From Chloroflexota bacterium (GTDB taxonomy: Bacteria; Chloroflexota; Limnocylindria; Limnocylindrales; CSP1-4), in contig PLLE01000041.1 of assembly GCA_003141245.1 (NCBI GenBank), positions 175,329 to 239,328 on the forward strand: 64,000 bases of DNA, written 5' to 3'. The notes beneath the pieces were generated by a model. It saw only the letters and a program-made list of their open reading frames with translations, was not told where the DNA came from and did no database searches. The number at the start of each line of letters is the position of its first letter. Within the stretch, counting starts at the first letter, position 1. Positions 53,969-62,696 of the stretch are shown piece by piece. Both the position numbers and the translations under genes were made by a program.

Positions 53969-55873
53969 CTACTCCGCAGAAGTGGTCTGGCTCTCCGCCG
54001 AAACGTCCGCGTCCGCCTCGGCGTCGGCGGCTTCGGCCGTCTCCTCGACGACGGCCTCGATGGCAAGTTCCGCGTCCACCTCTGCGATGACTTCGATGAC
54101 GGCCTCCTCGACGGCCGGCTGCTCCGTCGCCACCTCGAGTCCGTCGAGGGCCGCGTCGAGCTGCGTCTCCATCTCCTCGATCGCCTCGTCGGCGGAAGGG
54201 ACTTCGTCTGGTGTCGTCCAGCGCGGGTCGAGTGCCAGGTGCAGGAGGGCGGGACGACCGGCCCCGAGAGCCCGACGCAGGGCTGGCTCGAACTCCTCGT
54301 CGGAGTTGACGGCAAGACCCAGTGCGCCGCAGGCCTGGGCGATCGCGGCGAAGTCGACCGCGCCGAGCTTTGTGGCGAGACCGCCCGCTCCGCCGCGCTG
54401 CATCTGATGCCGCCAGATCGTGCCGTAGCGGCCGTTGTCGAAAACGATGGCGATCACGTGCGCTCGCTCGCGGACCGCGGTCTCCAGCTCGGCCATCGTC
54501 ATGGCGAAGCCGCCGTCACCAGCGAGGGCCACCCCCAGACGCCCGGGCCTGGCCAGGACCGCGCCGATCGCCGCCGGAAGCCCGTAGCCCATCGCCCCGG
54601 AGGTAGCGCCCAGGAACGTGCCCGGCCTGTGGAAGCGATAGCCCCGGGCGGCCCACGTGCCGAAGTCGCCGGCGTCCGTAGTCAGGATCGTCTCGGGCGG
54701 CAGAATCCGACCAAGGGTCGCTATTACGCGGCCGGGATGAACGCCCGGTCCGTCCCACGGCTCCTCGCCGACGACTGCGGCCGCCTCGAAGGCCTCGCGG
54801 TCGGCCACGTTCTGAAGGCGACGTGCGTCGAACGCGGCGGCGTCGAGTGCGGCGACGGCCAGGACGCGATGCCCGACGCGCAGGAAGGCGGCCACGTCTG
54901 CGGCAATCGCGAGGTCCGGACGATGCGCCGCGGCCACGTCCCGTGGCTCCACGTCGACGTGCGCCCAGCGCGTCTCGGGGCCCGGAACGGCGTAGCCGTA
55001 GGTCGTGATCTCGCCAAGGCGCGACCCGAGAACGAGCAGAGCGTCGGCTTCCTCGATCCTGGCCCGGACCGTTGCCGGCGAGCCCAACCCCGTCATCCCC
55101 AGATACAGCGGGTGGTCGTTGGGGAAGACGTCCCCTCGTCGCCACGACGAGACGACGGGTATCTGGACGGTCTCGACGAAACGCACGAGCGCATCCGTGC
55201 TGCGGGCTCGCAGGACTCCCGCGCCGGCCAGGATCAGCGGCCGGCGGGCCTCGAGCAGCAGGTGCAGGACCTTGCGCACGAAGGTCGGGTCTGGCTCGGG
55301 CTGGTGCTCGGGATGTGTGGCGGGGCGCGGGGCCTGCCCGTCGGGGAGCGCCATCTCGAGCAGGTCTTCTGGGATCGACAGCAGGACCGGTCCGGGCCGC
55401 CCCTTCGTAGCTATGGCGACCGCTCGTTCGCCCAGTGCGACGACGTCTTCGGGCTCGTGAGCCTCGGCGGCCCACTTCACGAGCGGCTCGAAAGCTCGAA
55501 CCAGGTCCATCTCCTGGAACGCCTCGCGGCCTCGAACCTCGCGCCGGACCTGGCCGACGATGGCAATCACGGGAGCCGAGTCGGCCTGGGCGGCGTGCAG
55601 CCCGATTGTCAGGTTGGCGGCGTCGGGGGCGCGCCCGGCCAGGACAAGCGTGGGCCGGCCGGTCATCTGAGCCACCGCCTCGGCCATGAACGAAGCCGCG
55701 CCCTCGTGTCGTGTGGTGACGACCCGGATCCGGTTGGCGACCAGACCGTCGAGCAGTCCAAGGAGACTCTCGCCCGGAACCGTGAAGGCGATCTTCACGC
55801 CCGATCGAGCCAACGCTTCGGCCAGGGCCGCGCCGACCGTGACGGTGGCGCTCTGGTCCGCACTCATCGACAT
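53969..55873 (-). CDS. Thiamine-pyrophosphate-dependent enzyme (acetolactate synthase large-subunit-like) with an acidic C-terminal tail
   Basis: The N-terminal TPP-PYR domain (VPGESLLGLLDGL...RHEGAASFMAEA), the middle domain and the GDGGF TPP motif. The last 70 aa or so are Glu/Asp/Ala-rich. Confidence 0.85.
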   Translation of the reverse strand: MSMSADQSATVTVGAALAEALARSGVKIAFTVPGESLLGLLDGLVANRIRVVTTRHEGAASFMAEAVAQMTGRPTLVLAGRAPDAANLTIGLHAAQADSAPVIAIVGQVRREVRGREAFQEMDLVRAFEPLVKWAAEAHEPEDVVALGERAVAIATKGRPGPVLLSIPEDLLEMALPDGQAPRPATHPEHQPEPDPTFVRKVLHLLLEARRPLILAGAGVLRARSTDALVRFVETVQIPVVSSWRRGDVFPNDHPLYLGMTGLGSPATVRARIEEADALLVLGSRLGEITTYGYAVPGPETRWAHVDVEPRDVAAAHRPDLAIAADVAAFLRVGHRVLAVAALDAAAFDARRLQNVADREAFEAAAVVGEEPWDGPGVHPGRVIATLGRILPPETILTTDAGDFGTWAARGYRFHRPGTFLGATSGAMGYGLPAAIGAVLARPGRLGVALAGDGGFAMTMAELETAVRERAHVIAIVFDNGRYGTIWRHQMQRGGAGGLATKLGAVDFAAIAQACGALGLAVNSDEEFEPALRRALGAGRPALLHLALDPRWTTPDEVPSADEAIEEMETQLDAALDGLEVATEQPAVEEAVIEVIAEVDAELAIEAVVEETAEAADAEADADVSAESQTTSAE

Positions 55874-55919
55874 TGCCGCTCTCCTTCAGATCGCCGCGCC
55901 GGACGGGGCCGGGCGGGTC

Positions 55920-56411
55920 TCACCGATAGTTCGCAAACTGCAACGGCACCGGTTCATCGAGCTCCTTCAGTCGAACGATCACCCGCTGAAGGTCGTCCTT
56001 GCTCTTGCCGAAGACACGGAGGGCGTCGCCCTGGACCTGGGCCTTGACCTTGGGGAATTCATCGCGAATGAGCTTGCCGAGCTTCCTCGCCAAATCCTCG
56101 TCGAGACCGCGGCGCAGCGTTATGTGCTGGCGAACCTTCTCGCCGCCGGCTGGCTCGATCTTGCCCCAGTCGAAGATCTTGAGCGAGAGATTCCGCCGCA
56201 CCGCCTTGCTTTCGATGAGGTCGCGGATGGCCTTCGCTCGGAAATCGTCGTCGGTGAGCAGGACCAGCTCGGTCTTGGCCTGGGTCAGCTCGAAGGTGGC
56301 GCCCTTGAAGTCGTAGCGCTGCTGAACCTCGCGTCGAACCTGGTCGAGCGCGTTGCGCATTTCCTGATCGTCGAAGTCGCTGACTACGTCGAACGATGAC
56401 TCGCCGGCCAT
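55920..56411 (-). CDS. yajQ: YajQ-family nucleotide (c-di-GMP)-binding protein
   Basis: SSFDVVSDFDDQEMRNALDQVRREVQQRYDFKG...QGDALRVFGKSKDDLQ. Confidence 0.9.
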   Translation of the reverse strand: MAGESSFDVVSDFDDQEMRNALDQVRREVQQRYDFKGATFELTQAKTELVLLTDDDFRAKAIRDLIESKAVRRNLSLKIFDWGKIEPAGGEKVRQHITLRRGLDEDLARKLGKLIRDEFPKVKAQVQGDALRVFGKSKDDLQRVIVRLKELDEPVPLQFANYR

Positions 56412-56598
56412 CGGGCCTCCTGATCTGCTCGGCAACTGCCGCTCGGCGTTCGCCGCACGGCCCACGCGGCCGCGATTGCGGCTGCGCGCTCTATCCGCCC
56501 GGACTGGCAGCGCCGGGGCACGCAGATTGTGCCGCACCGCGGCCCTGTTGGGGACTCGCTCGCGTCACTGTCGCGGCAAGGTGCTCCGGCGGCTCGGC

Positions 56599-58170
56599 TC
56601 AGCGCTGCAGGGCCTCGACCAGCAGCTCCGCGATCCGGTAGCTCTTGCCGCCGCCCATGACCAGGACGGCATCGCCCGGTCGAACCTCGCCGGCCAGCCA
56701 GACCGCGGTCATCTCCACGGAGCCCGGGGCGGCTGCCGGGATATCGGGCCGATGGCGGGCGACCGCCTCGGCAAGTGCCGCGGCCGAGGTGATCGTGGTG
56801 TCCGGATCGCGGCTCGCCCAGATCTCCGCGATCGCCACCGCGTCGGCGCCGGCCAGCGCCTCGGCGAACTGCTCGAGCATCGCGGCGGTGCGATGGTAGG
56901 TAAGCGGCTCATAGACGGCCCAGATGCGCTTCCCGGGCTCTCTCTGGCGGATGGCGGCGAGCGTTTCGCGGATGGCGGTGGGGTGATGGCCGTAGTCGTC
57001 GTACACGACCACGCCTCTCCCCTCGCCTTTCCGCTCGAGGCGGCGCCCGACCCCCTCGAAGCTCGCCAGACCGGCGACCAGCCGATCTGCGGAAACGTTC
57101 AGCAGAATCGCGGCGCCTGCCACGCACAGGGCGTTCGCGGCATTGTGCCGGCCTGCCAGGCGCAGGCGGGACGCAAGAACGCCGTTCTGTGTGCCTACCC
57201 CCGCGAGTTCGAGCAGCGTGCCTTCAGGACCGGCCTCCACGATCCGGCCAACCAGAACCCGGGCCGGTCCGGCGGCCGTGGCAAATCGGCCGCTCATCTC
57301 CTCCCGACGCTTGTCTTCAGCCAGAGGGAGGTCGCCGCCGACGAGCGACACGGCGTACACCAGGCCGGGCCAGTCGCGCAGCCGTTCGAGCACCGCCGCT
57401 ACGCCCGGGTCGGCCACGTTGGCTACCAGCATGGGCGGGTGCGCCGCGCTCGACGCCCGCCGCAGCCAGGCGGCGAAGGTCGCGATCACGGCCTCTCCGT
57501 CGGCGAAGACGTCCGGGTGGTCCCACTCCGCCGACGTGAGAATCGCGACATGTGGCCGGTACGCGTCGAAGTTGCCGGCGTATTCGTCCGCCTCCACCAC
57601 GAACGGCGCGCCGATACCGGTGCGAGCCGTCGACGGCAGGCCGCCGGTGATCGAGCCCGGTAGCAAAGCCCCGACGAAGGCCGACGGGTCGAGCCCGGCC
57701 TGGACGAGCACGTGAACCAGCCAGCCGGCGGTCGTGCTCTTGCCGTGAGTGCCGGCCACGCCGACGAGAAAACGCCCTGAGGCCGCGTCGGCGATGACCT
57801 GCTGCCAGGGCTCGATGGGGATCCCCGCGGCGCGGGCCGCCTCCAGTTCCGCGTTGTCGGGGTCGATCGCGGTCAGCGCCTTGGTCACCGCCAGCCGCTC
57901 GGGCCGCGGCGACCTGGTCACGTGGCTCGGGTCGTGGCCGCCCGCAAGAGAGATCCCCAGGGCCTCGATCGCCGGCGTGTACGGCGAGACCCCACCCGAG
58001 TCGCAGCCGCTGACCTCGGCCTGCGCGTCGTGCGCCAGGATCACGGCCGCGCTCGCTCCCGCGCCCGCCGCGCCGACGACGTGGATCCGCTCGCCTTCGC
58101 GAATGGGCCGCGCTTCGCGCGCCGGCGCCAGTCCGCTGCCGACAGCGGCCGCGCCTCTCACGCCGCTCAC
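56599..58170 (-). CDS. murC: UDP-N-acetylmuramate--L-alanine ligase (MurC; Mpl not excluded)
   Basis: IHVVGAAGAGASA...SGCDSGG and GVAGTHGKSTTAGWL (Mur ligase P-loop), with middle and C-terminal Mur ligase domains. Confidence 0.8.
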   Translation of the reverse strand: MSGVRGAAAVGSGLAPAREARPIREGERIHVVGAAGAGASAAVILAHDAQAEVSGCDSGGVSPYTPAIEALGISLAGGHDPSHVTRSPRPERLAVTKALTAIDPDNAELEAARAAGIPIEPWQQVIADAASGRFLVGVAGTHGKSTTAGWLVHVLVQAGLDPSAFVGALLPGSITGGLPSTARTGIGAPFVVEADEYAGNFDAYRPHVAILTSAEWDHPDVFADGEAVIATFAAWLRRASSAAHPPMLVANVADPGVAAVLERLRDWPGLVYAVSLVGGDLPLAEDKRREEMSGRFATAAGPARVLVGRIVEAGPEGTLLELAGVGTQNGVLASRLRLAGRHNAANALCVAGAAILLNVSADRLVAGLASFEGVGRRLERKGEGRGVVVYDDYGHHPTAIRETLAAIRQREPGKRIWAVYEPLTYHRTAAMLEQFAEALAGADAVAIAEIWASRDPDTTITSAAALAEAVARHRPDIPAAAPGSVEMTAVWLAGEVRPGDAVLVMGGGKSYRIAELLVEALQR

Positions 58171-58700
58171 TGCGGCGTGGCCGCTTCGGAGTCGGCGCAG
58201 GCAACGGTCCCGGCAGCTTCGCAGCGGGACAGCAGCAGCTCCAGGGCGGCCCGCGCGCTCGCAGCCTTGTTCGCGAGCCGATCTCCCCTCCAGTTGAATC
58301 GACGCACCTCGACCCCCGTCGCGTCAGCCACGGCAACGTAGGTCAGCCCGACCGGCTTGGCGGCGCTGCCGCCGCCGGGACCGGCCACGCCGGTCACAGA
58401 GACCGCCAGATCCACGGAGAGCCGCGCGCGCGCTCCAACGGCCATGGCACGCGCGACCTGCGCGCTGACGGCTCCGTGGGCCTCCAGGAGTTCCCCGGGG
58501 ACGTCGAGCAGCGTCAGCTTGGCCTCATTGGCGTAGGCGACGATCCCGCCGCGGAAGTAGACGCTGGAGCCGCTGACGTTGGTAATGGCGCTGGCGACGA
58601 GCCCGCCGGTGCACGACTCGGCGGTCGCGACCGTCAGGCCCCGGTCCAGACACAGCTCCTGCAGGCGCTCGATCAGGACGCGCAGCGGGTCGTCCGCCAT
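58167..58700 (-). CDS. pncC: CinA C-terminal domain / nicotinamide-nucleotide amidohydrolase PncC
   Basis: TVATAESCTGGLVASAITNVSGSSVYFRGGIVAYANEAK...VSVTGVAGPGGG. Confidence 0.88.
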   Translation of the reverse strand: MADDPLRVLIERLQELCLDRGLTVATAESCTGGLVASAITNVSGSSVYFRGGIVAYANEAKLTLLDVPGELLEAHGAVSAQVARAMAVGARARLSVDLAVSVTGVAGPGGGSAAKPVGLTYVAVADATGVEVRRFNWRGDRLANKAASARAALELLLSRCEAAGTVACADSEAATPQ

Positions 58701-58707
58701 CGCCGGC

Positions 58708-60330
58708 TCAGACGTCGTTGGAGGGCACCGGCGGCCCGGTGGCGGTGATGCGCCAGCTTCCGGCGGCATCGTTCGTCTTGCCGAGCAGCCCGTACGGCTT
58801 GCCGTTGATCGTGACGTAGGTATGGGCCATCTGCGAGGTCCGAATCCACACCGACTCAGCGGCGTCGATCTTGATCGTCGCACCTTTTGACACGACCTTG
58901 GGGTAGCCCGGGACGACCACTCCGTCCACCCAGATCTTCAGCATCGCGTCTCCCCGTGGGATGTCGATGACCACCGTCAATTGCCCGACGGTGACGACGA
59001 CGTTGACGATGACCGGGGCAGGGCTCTGGCCGGTGTCGTTCGAACCGACGATGGAGAGCTCCCAACGGCCCGCAGTCAGGTGGAGCGAAGCGGTGAACTT
59101 GCCATCGATTGTGGGGATCACCGTCGTCGCCGCAGGGCCCGTGGATGCGCTCGGCGACGGTGACGGTCCCGCGGATGACGTCGCGGTCGCGGTCGGCAGG
59201 GGCGTGGCCGTCGGCAGCGGCATCAGCGTCGGTTGGACGGTCGGATTTGGACCGGCCGTCTTCACCGGCGTCGGGGTCGCACCCGGCGCGGGCGGCGGTC
59301 CCACGTAGGTGGGCGTGACCGTCACCGAGGTGATCGAAACGGTGCTGCCCTTCACTGTCACGTTCCCGTCCGAGATGACCTGGCCGTCGGTGGGAGATTC
59401 GACTGTCAGGAGTTGCGGCGTCGGCGAGGCGGTCGGCACGGGCACGTTGATCAGGCGAGTGATGACCGGCGAATCGTGATTGGTGTCGACGTTGAAGGAG
59501 TGGATGTCGAACTGATTGAAGCCGGAGTGGAGTTGGGTCACGTACGACCAGTTGCCGGAACCGTCGGCCTTGACCGTCTTCGGGTCGCGGCCGTCCCAGG
59601 AGATGTCGACGACGGTACCCACGGTCGCCGTCCCCTTGAGCTCGTACTGGGTGGTACCGATGGCGAGAGTGATGGCGGCCTGATTCGGGGAGGTGACCGC
59701 GATCGACGGATACTGCAAGAGCTTGGTGACCTGCATGCCGAAGAACAGACCCACGGCCACGATGATCACGGCGAGGGCCAGCAGGACTACGTGGATCGGC
59801 TGGAGCAGCAACGCGCGCCGCGGCATCGTGATCGGCTGGGGTCCGCCGAGCGCCGCCGCGGCCTCGCTGGCCGGCCGATCGCGACGACGGAGCGCGAGCA
59901 GGCGCCGGGCGAGTGACTGGGCTATCGGGGCCGCCGACCTGGGAACGGGCGCGGCCTTCGGGGCTGCCAACACGACAACGGGCGCGGCCTTCGGGGCTGC
60001 CGGCTTCGCGGTCGGTGCGCTCTTCCGGCGACGCCAGTCTTCCTCGGCTTCGTCCGGGCTGAGTCCCAGGTAGGTCGCGTAATTGCGAAGGAAACCGCGG
60101 GCGTAGACGTCGGCGGGCAGCTCCTCGTAGTTGCCCTCCTCGAGGGCCGCCAGGAATCTGACCCTGATCTTGGTGTCCCGCTCGACGCGAAACAAGTCAA
60201 CGCCCCTGGCTTCGCGGGCTGCCTTCAGACGTTCACAGAACGGTCGCGGGCCGGCTGCGGCTCCCCGGGCGGACCCATTCCCCTCCCCTGACTGGCGCCG
60301 GGGCCGGCGCGGCTGATCCTTCGTCGTCAT
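58708..60330 (-). CDS. rodZ: RodZ-like cytoskeletal protein (HTH_25, TM, Ig-like repeats, DUF4115-like C-terminus)
   Basis: RLKAAREARGVDLFRVERDTKIRVRFLAALEEGNYEELPADVYARGFLRNYATYLGL, then a TM helix, Pro/Thr-rich linkers and beta-rich C-terminal domains. Confidence 0.7.
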   Translation of the reverse strand: MTTKDQPRRPRRQSGEGNGSARGAAAGPRPFCERLKAAREARGVDLFRVERDTKIRVRFLAALEEGNYEELPADVYARGFLRNYATYLGLSPDEAEEDWRRRKSAPTAKPAAPKAAPVVVLAAPKAAPVPRSAAPIAQSLARRLLALRRRDRPASEAAAALGGPQPITMPRRALLLQPIHVVLLALAVIIVAVGLFFGMQVTKLLQYPSIAVTSPNQAAITLAIGTTQYELKGTATVGTVVDISWDGRDPKTVKADGSGNWSYVTQLHSGFNQFDIHSFNVDTNHDSPVITRLINVPVPTASPTPQLLTVESPTDGQVISDGNVTVKGSTVSITSVTVTPTYVGPPPAPGATPTPVKTAGPNPTVQPTLMPLPTATPLPTATATSSAGPSPSPSASTGPAATTVIPTIDGKFTASLHLTAGRWELSIVGSNDTGQSPAPVIVNVVVTVGQLTVVIDIPRGDAMLKIWVDGVVVPGYPKVVSKGATIKIDAAESVWIRTSQMAHTYVTINGKPYGLLGKTNDAAGSWRITATGPPVPSNDV

Positions 60331-62696
60331 ACCTCATCCTCGCCGTGCCCGGTGAACGGGTGCCTGAGCGCGGCTCCGTCTCGGCGCAGCACCTGCCGCG
60401 CGTTGGATCCGTCGAACGGACCGATGTATCCGCGCTCCTCCAGCTGATCGATGATCCTGGCGGCGCGTGCGTAGCCGATCTTTAGGCGTCGCTGCAGAAG
60501 CGACGCGGAGGCACGATCGTACTCCTGGATGACGCCCACGGCATCGAGCAGCAGTCGGTCGGCTTCTTCGTCGACCGGCTCGGCGACCCCCTGGGACTCC
60601 TCGCCGGTCTCGATGATGCCCATGTCGTAGTGCGGTTCGGCTTCGGCCCGCCAGTGCTCGGTAACGTTGCCGATCTCTTTGTCGGAAACGAACACGCCCT
60701 GCAGCCGGATCGGTCGAGGCAGGTCGGCCGGCTGGAAGAGCATGTCGCCGCGGCCGATCAGGTCCTCCGCGCCCGGCATGTCGAGGATCGTGCGCGAGTC
60801 GATCTGCGAGGCCATGGCGAAGGCGATGCGGCTCGGGAAGTTGGCCTTGATGAGGCCCGTCACGACGTTCACCGAGGGCCGCTGGGTCGCGAGGACGAGA
60901 TGTATCCCCGTGGCGCGGGCCTTCTGGGCCAGTCGAACCACGGGATCCTCGACGTTCCGGCCCTCGCGCATCATGAGGTCCGCGAGCTCGTCGATGATGA
61001 TCACCAGGTACGGCATCCGATCGGCCGGATCGGCGCGAGTCTCGTTGAAAGCGGTGACGTTGCGGGCGGTCGCCCCGGCGAAGCGCCGATAGCGGTTCTC
61101 CATCTCCGTGACGGCCCACTTGAGGGCCGCCCTGGCTCGTTCGGGCTCGGTGATGACCGGCACCATCAGGTGCGGCAGGCCGTTGTAGGCCGAGAGCTCC
61201 ACCCGCTTGAGGTCCACCAGGACGAGCCGCACCTCATCCGGCGTGGCGTTGCACAGCAGGCTCGTGATCAGGGCGTTGACCATGACGCTCTTGCCCGAGC
61301 CGGTGGCGCCGGCAATGAGCAGATGCGGCATCCTGGCCAGGTCGGCCGCGCGAGCATGCCCGGCCACGTCTCGACCGAGCGCGAAGGTAAGCTTCGAGGC
61401 AGCCCGGAGGTCGACCTCCTCGAGAATCCGGCGCAGCGCGACGATGTTGAAGTCCTTGTTGGGGATCTCGATCCCGACGACGCTCCGGCCCGGGATGGGC
61501 GCTTCAATGCGAATCGTCCGGGCGGCAAGGGCCATGGCCAGGTCGTCGGAGAGGGCCTCGATACGGGAGACCTTGATCTCCGGCGACGGCTCCACTTCGT
61601 ACTGAGTGATCACCGGGCCGGCGTTCCAGACCGCGACCCGCGCCGGAATGTTGAAGCTGGCCAGCTTCGCCTCGATGATCGCGGCGTTTCGCTGGTGATC
61701 CATCGAAGCGTCGCCGTTGCGTGGCGCGAGGTCCTCGAGGAGAGCCAGCGGCGGCAGGTGGTACTCGGGCCGAGGCTTGGCCGCCTCGATGCCGCCCGCA
61801 CCGACTCCGCCGAGCCCGGTGCCGTCGACCGCGCCGGTGCCGGTCTGGCCGCGGACCGGCGCCCCTGTGCGTATCGATCCTCCGGTCCGAGCCGTCTCGG
61901 GAGTCGATGAGACGTCTCGCAGCGGTCCGCCGTCCCGGGTCGTCGAGCCGGCCGCCACCGGCGGCGCGAAGGTCAGCGACGTGGGCCCCAGGTTGGGAAT
62001 TGCCGGCGGGATGGAAGTCGCCCGATCCTCCGAGAATCTGCCGCGAGGCTCCAGCGCGACGGCTTCCCGGCCGAGCTTCTCGGTCTTGTCGACCCTGGCC
62101 GGGGCGGCGGACCCATCGTCCGGACGCTCCTGCCGCGGTCTGAAGAGCGCATTTGCCGCTTGTGTCGCGAGCCTAGCGAACGGGGCGACGGCCGCCGGCA
62201 GAGACATGTCCACTGCCAGCAAGAAGCCGGCGGTCATGACCGCGGCCAGCAGGATCCCGGTGCCCGGAATCGTGATCAGGCCGGGCAAGTTGTGGGCGAG
62301 AGCCTTGCCGATGATCCCGCCGCTCCGAGGAATGATGAGTTCGATCAGGCCCAGGCTCGCACAGAAGCTGACCGAGGCGCCGAAGATGGTCAGCTCCCAG
62401 TCGGCCCGGACCCCCTTGGCCCGGTTCACCATCCACCAGCCCACAGTCAGCATCGCGAAGGGCAGGATCCGCCGACCGGAGCCGACCCAGGGGGCGATGG
62501 AGTCGCGCCACAGGTCGGTCAGCTTCCCCGCGCCCGGCAGCAGCAGCGCGATCCCCGTCGCCACGCCCAGGATCATCAGCGCCAGGCCGATCATCAGACG
62601 CGGGGCGTCGGGCGCGATACGCGACTTCGTGCTGCGTCGGCGGACCGCGGCCGGACGGCTGCTGCGAGTCGCGGCCGAGCCGCTTCGAGCGGGCAT
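60327..62696 (-). CDS. ftsK: DNA translocase FtsK/SpoIIIE
   Basis: N-terminal TM helices and a Pro/Gly linker, then the motor domain (HLLIAGATGSGKSV, YLVIIIDELADL, ATQRPS) and the gamma wHTH domain (ASASLLQRRLKIGYARAARIID). Confidence 0.93.
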   Translation of the reverse strand: MPARSGSAATRSSRPAAVRRRSTKSRIAPDAPRLMIGLALMILGVATGIALLLPGAGKLTDLWRDSIAPWVGSGRRILPFAMLTVGWWMVNRAKGVRADWELTIFGASVSFCASLGLIELIIPRSGGIIGKALAHNLPGLITIPGTGILLAAVMTAGFLLAVDMSLPAAVAPFARLATQAANALFRPRQERPDDGSAAPARVDKTEKLGREAVALEPRGRFSEDRATSIPPAIPNLGPTSLTFAPPVAAGSTTRDGGPLRDVSSTPETARTGGSIRTGAPVRGQTGTGAVDGTGLGGVGAGGIEAAKPRPEYHLPPLALLEDLAPRNGDASMDHQRNAAIIEAKLASFNIPARVAVWNAGPVITQYEVEPSPEIKVSRIEALSDDLAMALAARTIRIEAPIPGRSVVGIEIPNKDFNIVALRRILEEVDLRAASKLTFALGRDVAGHARAADLARMPHLLIAGATGSGKSVMVNALITSLLCNATPDEVRLVLVDLKRVELSAYNGLPHLMVPVITEPERARAALKWAVTEMENRYRRFAGATARNVTAFNETRADPADRMPYLVIIIDELADLMMREGRNVEDPVVRLAQKARATGIHLVLATQRPSVNVVTGLIKANFPSRIAFAMASQIDSRTILDMPGAEDLIGRGDMLFQPADLPRPIRLQGVFVSDKEIGNVTEHWRAEAEPHYDMGIIETGEESQGVAEPVDEEADRLLLDAVGVIQEYDRASASLLQRRLKIGYARAARIIDQLEERGYIGPFDGSNARQVLRRDGAALRHPFTGHGEDEV

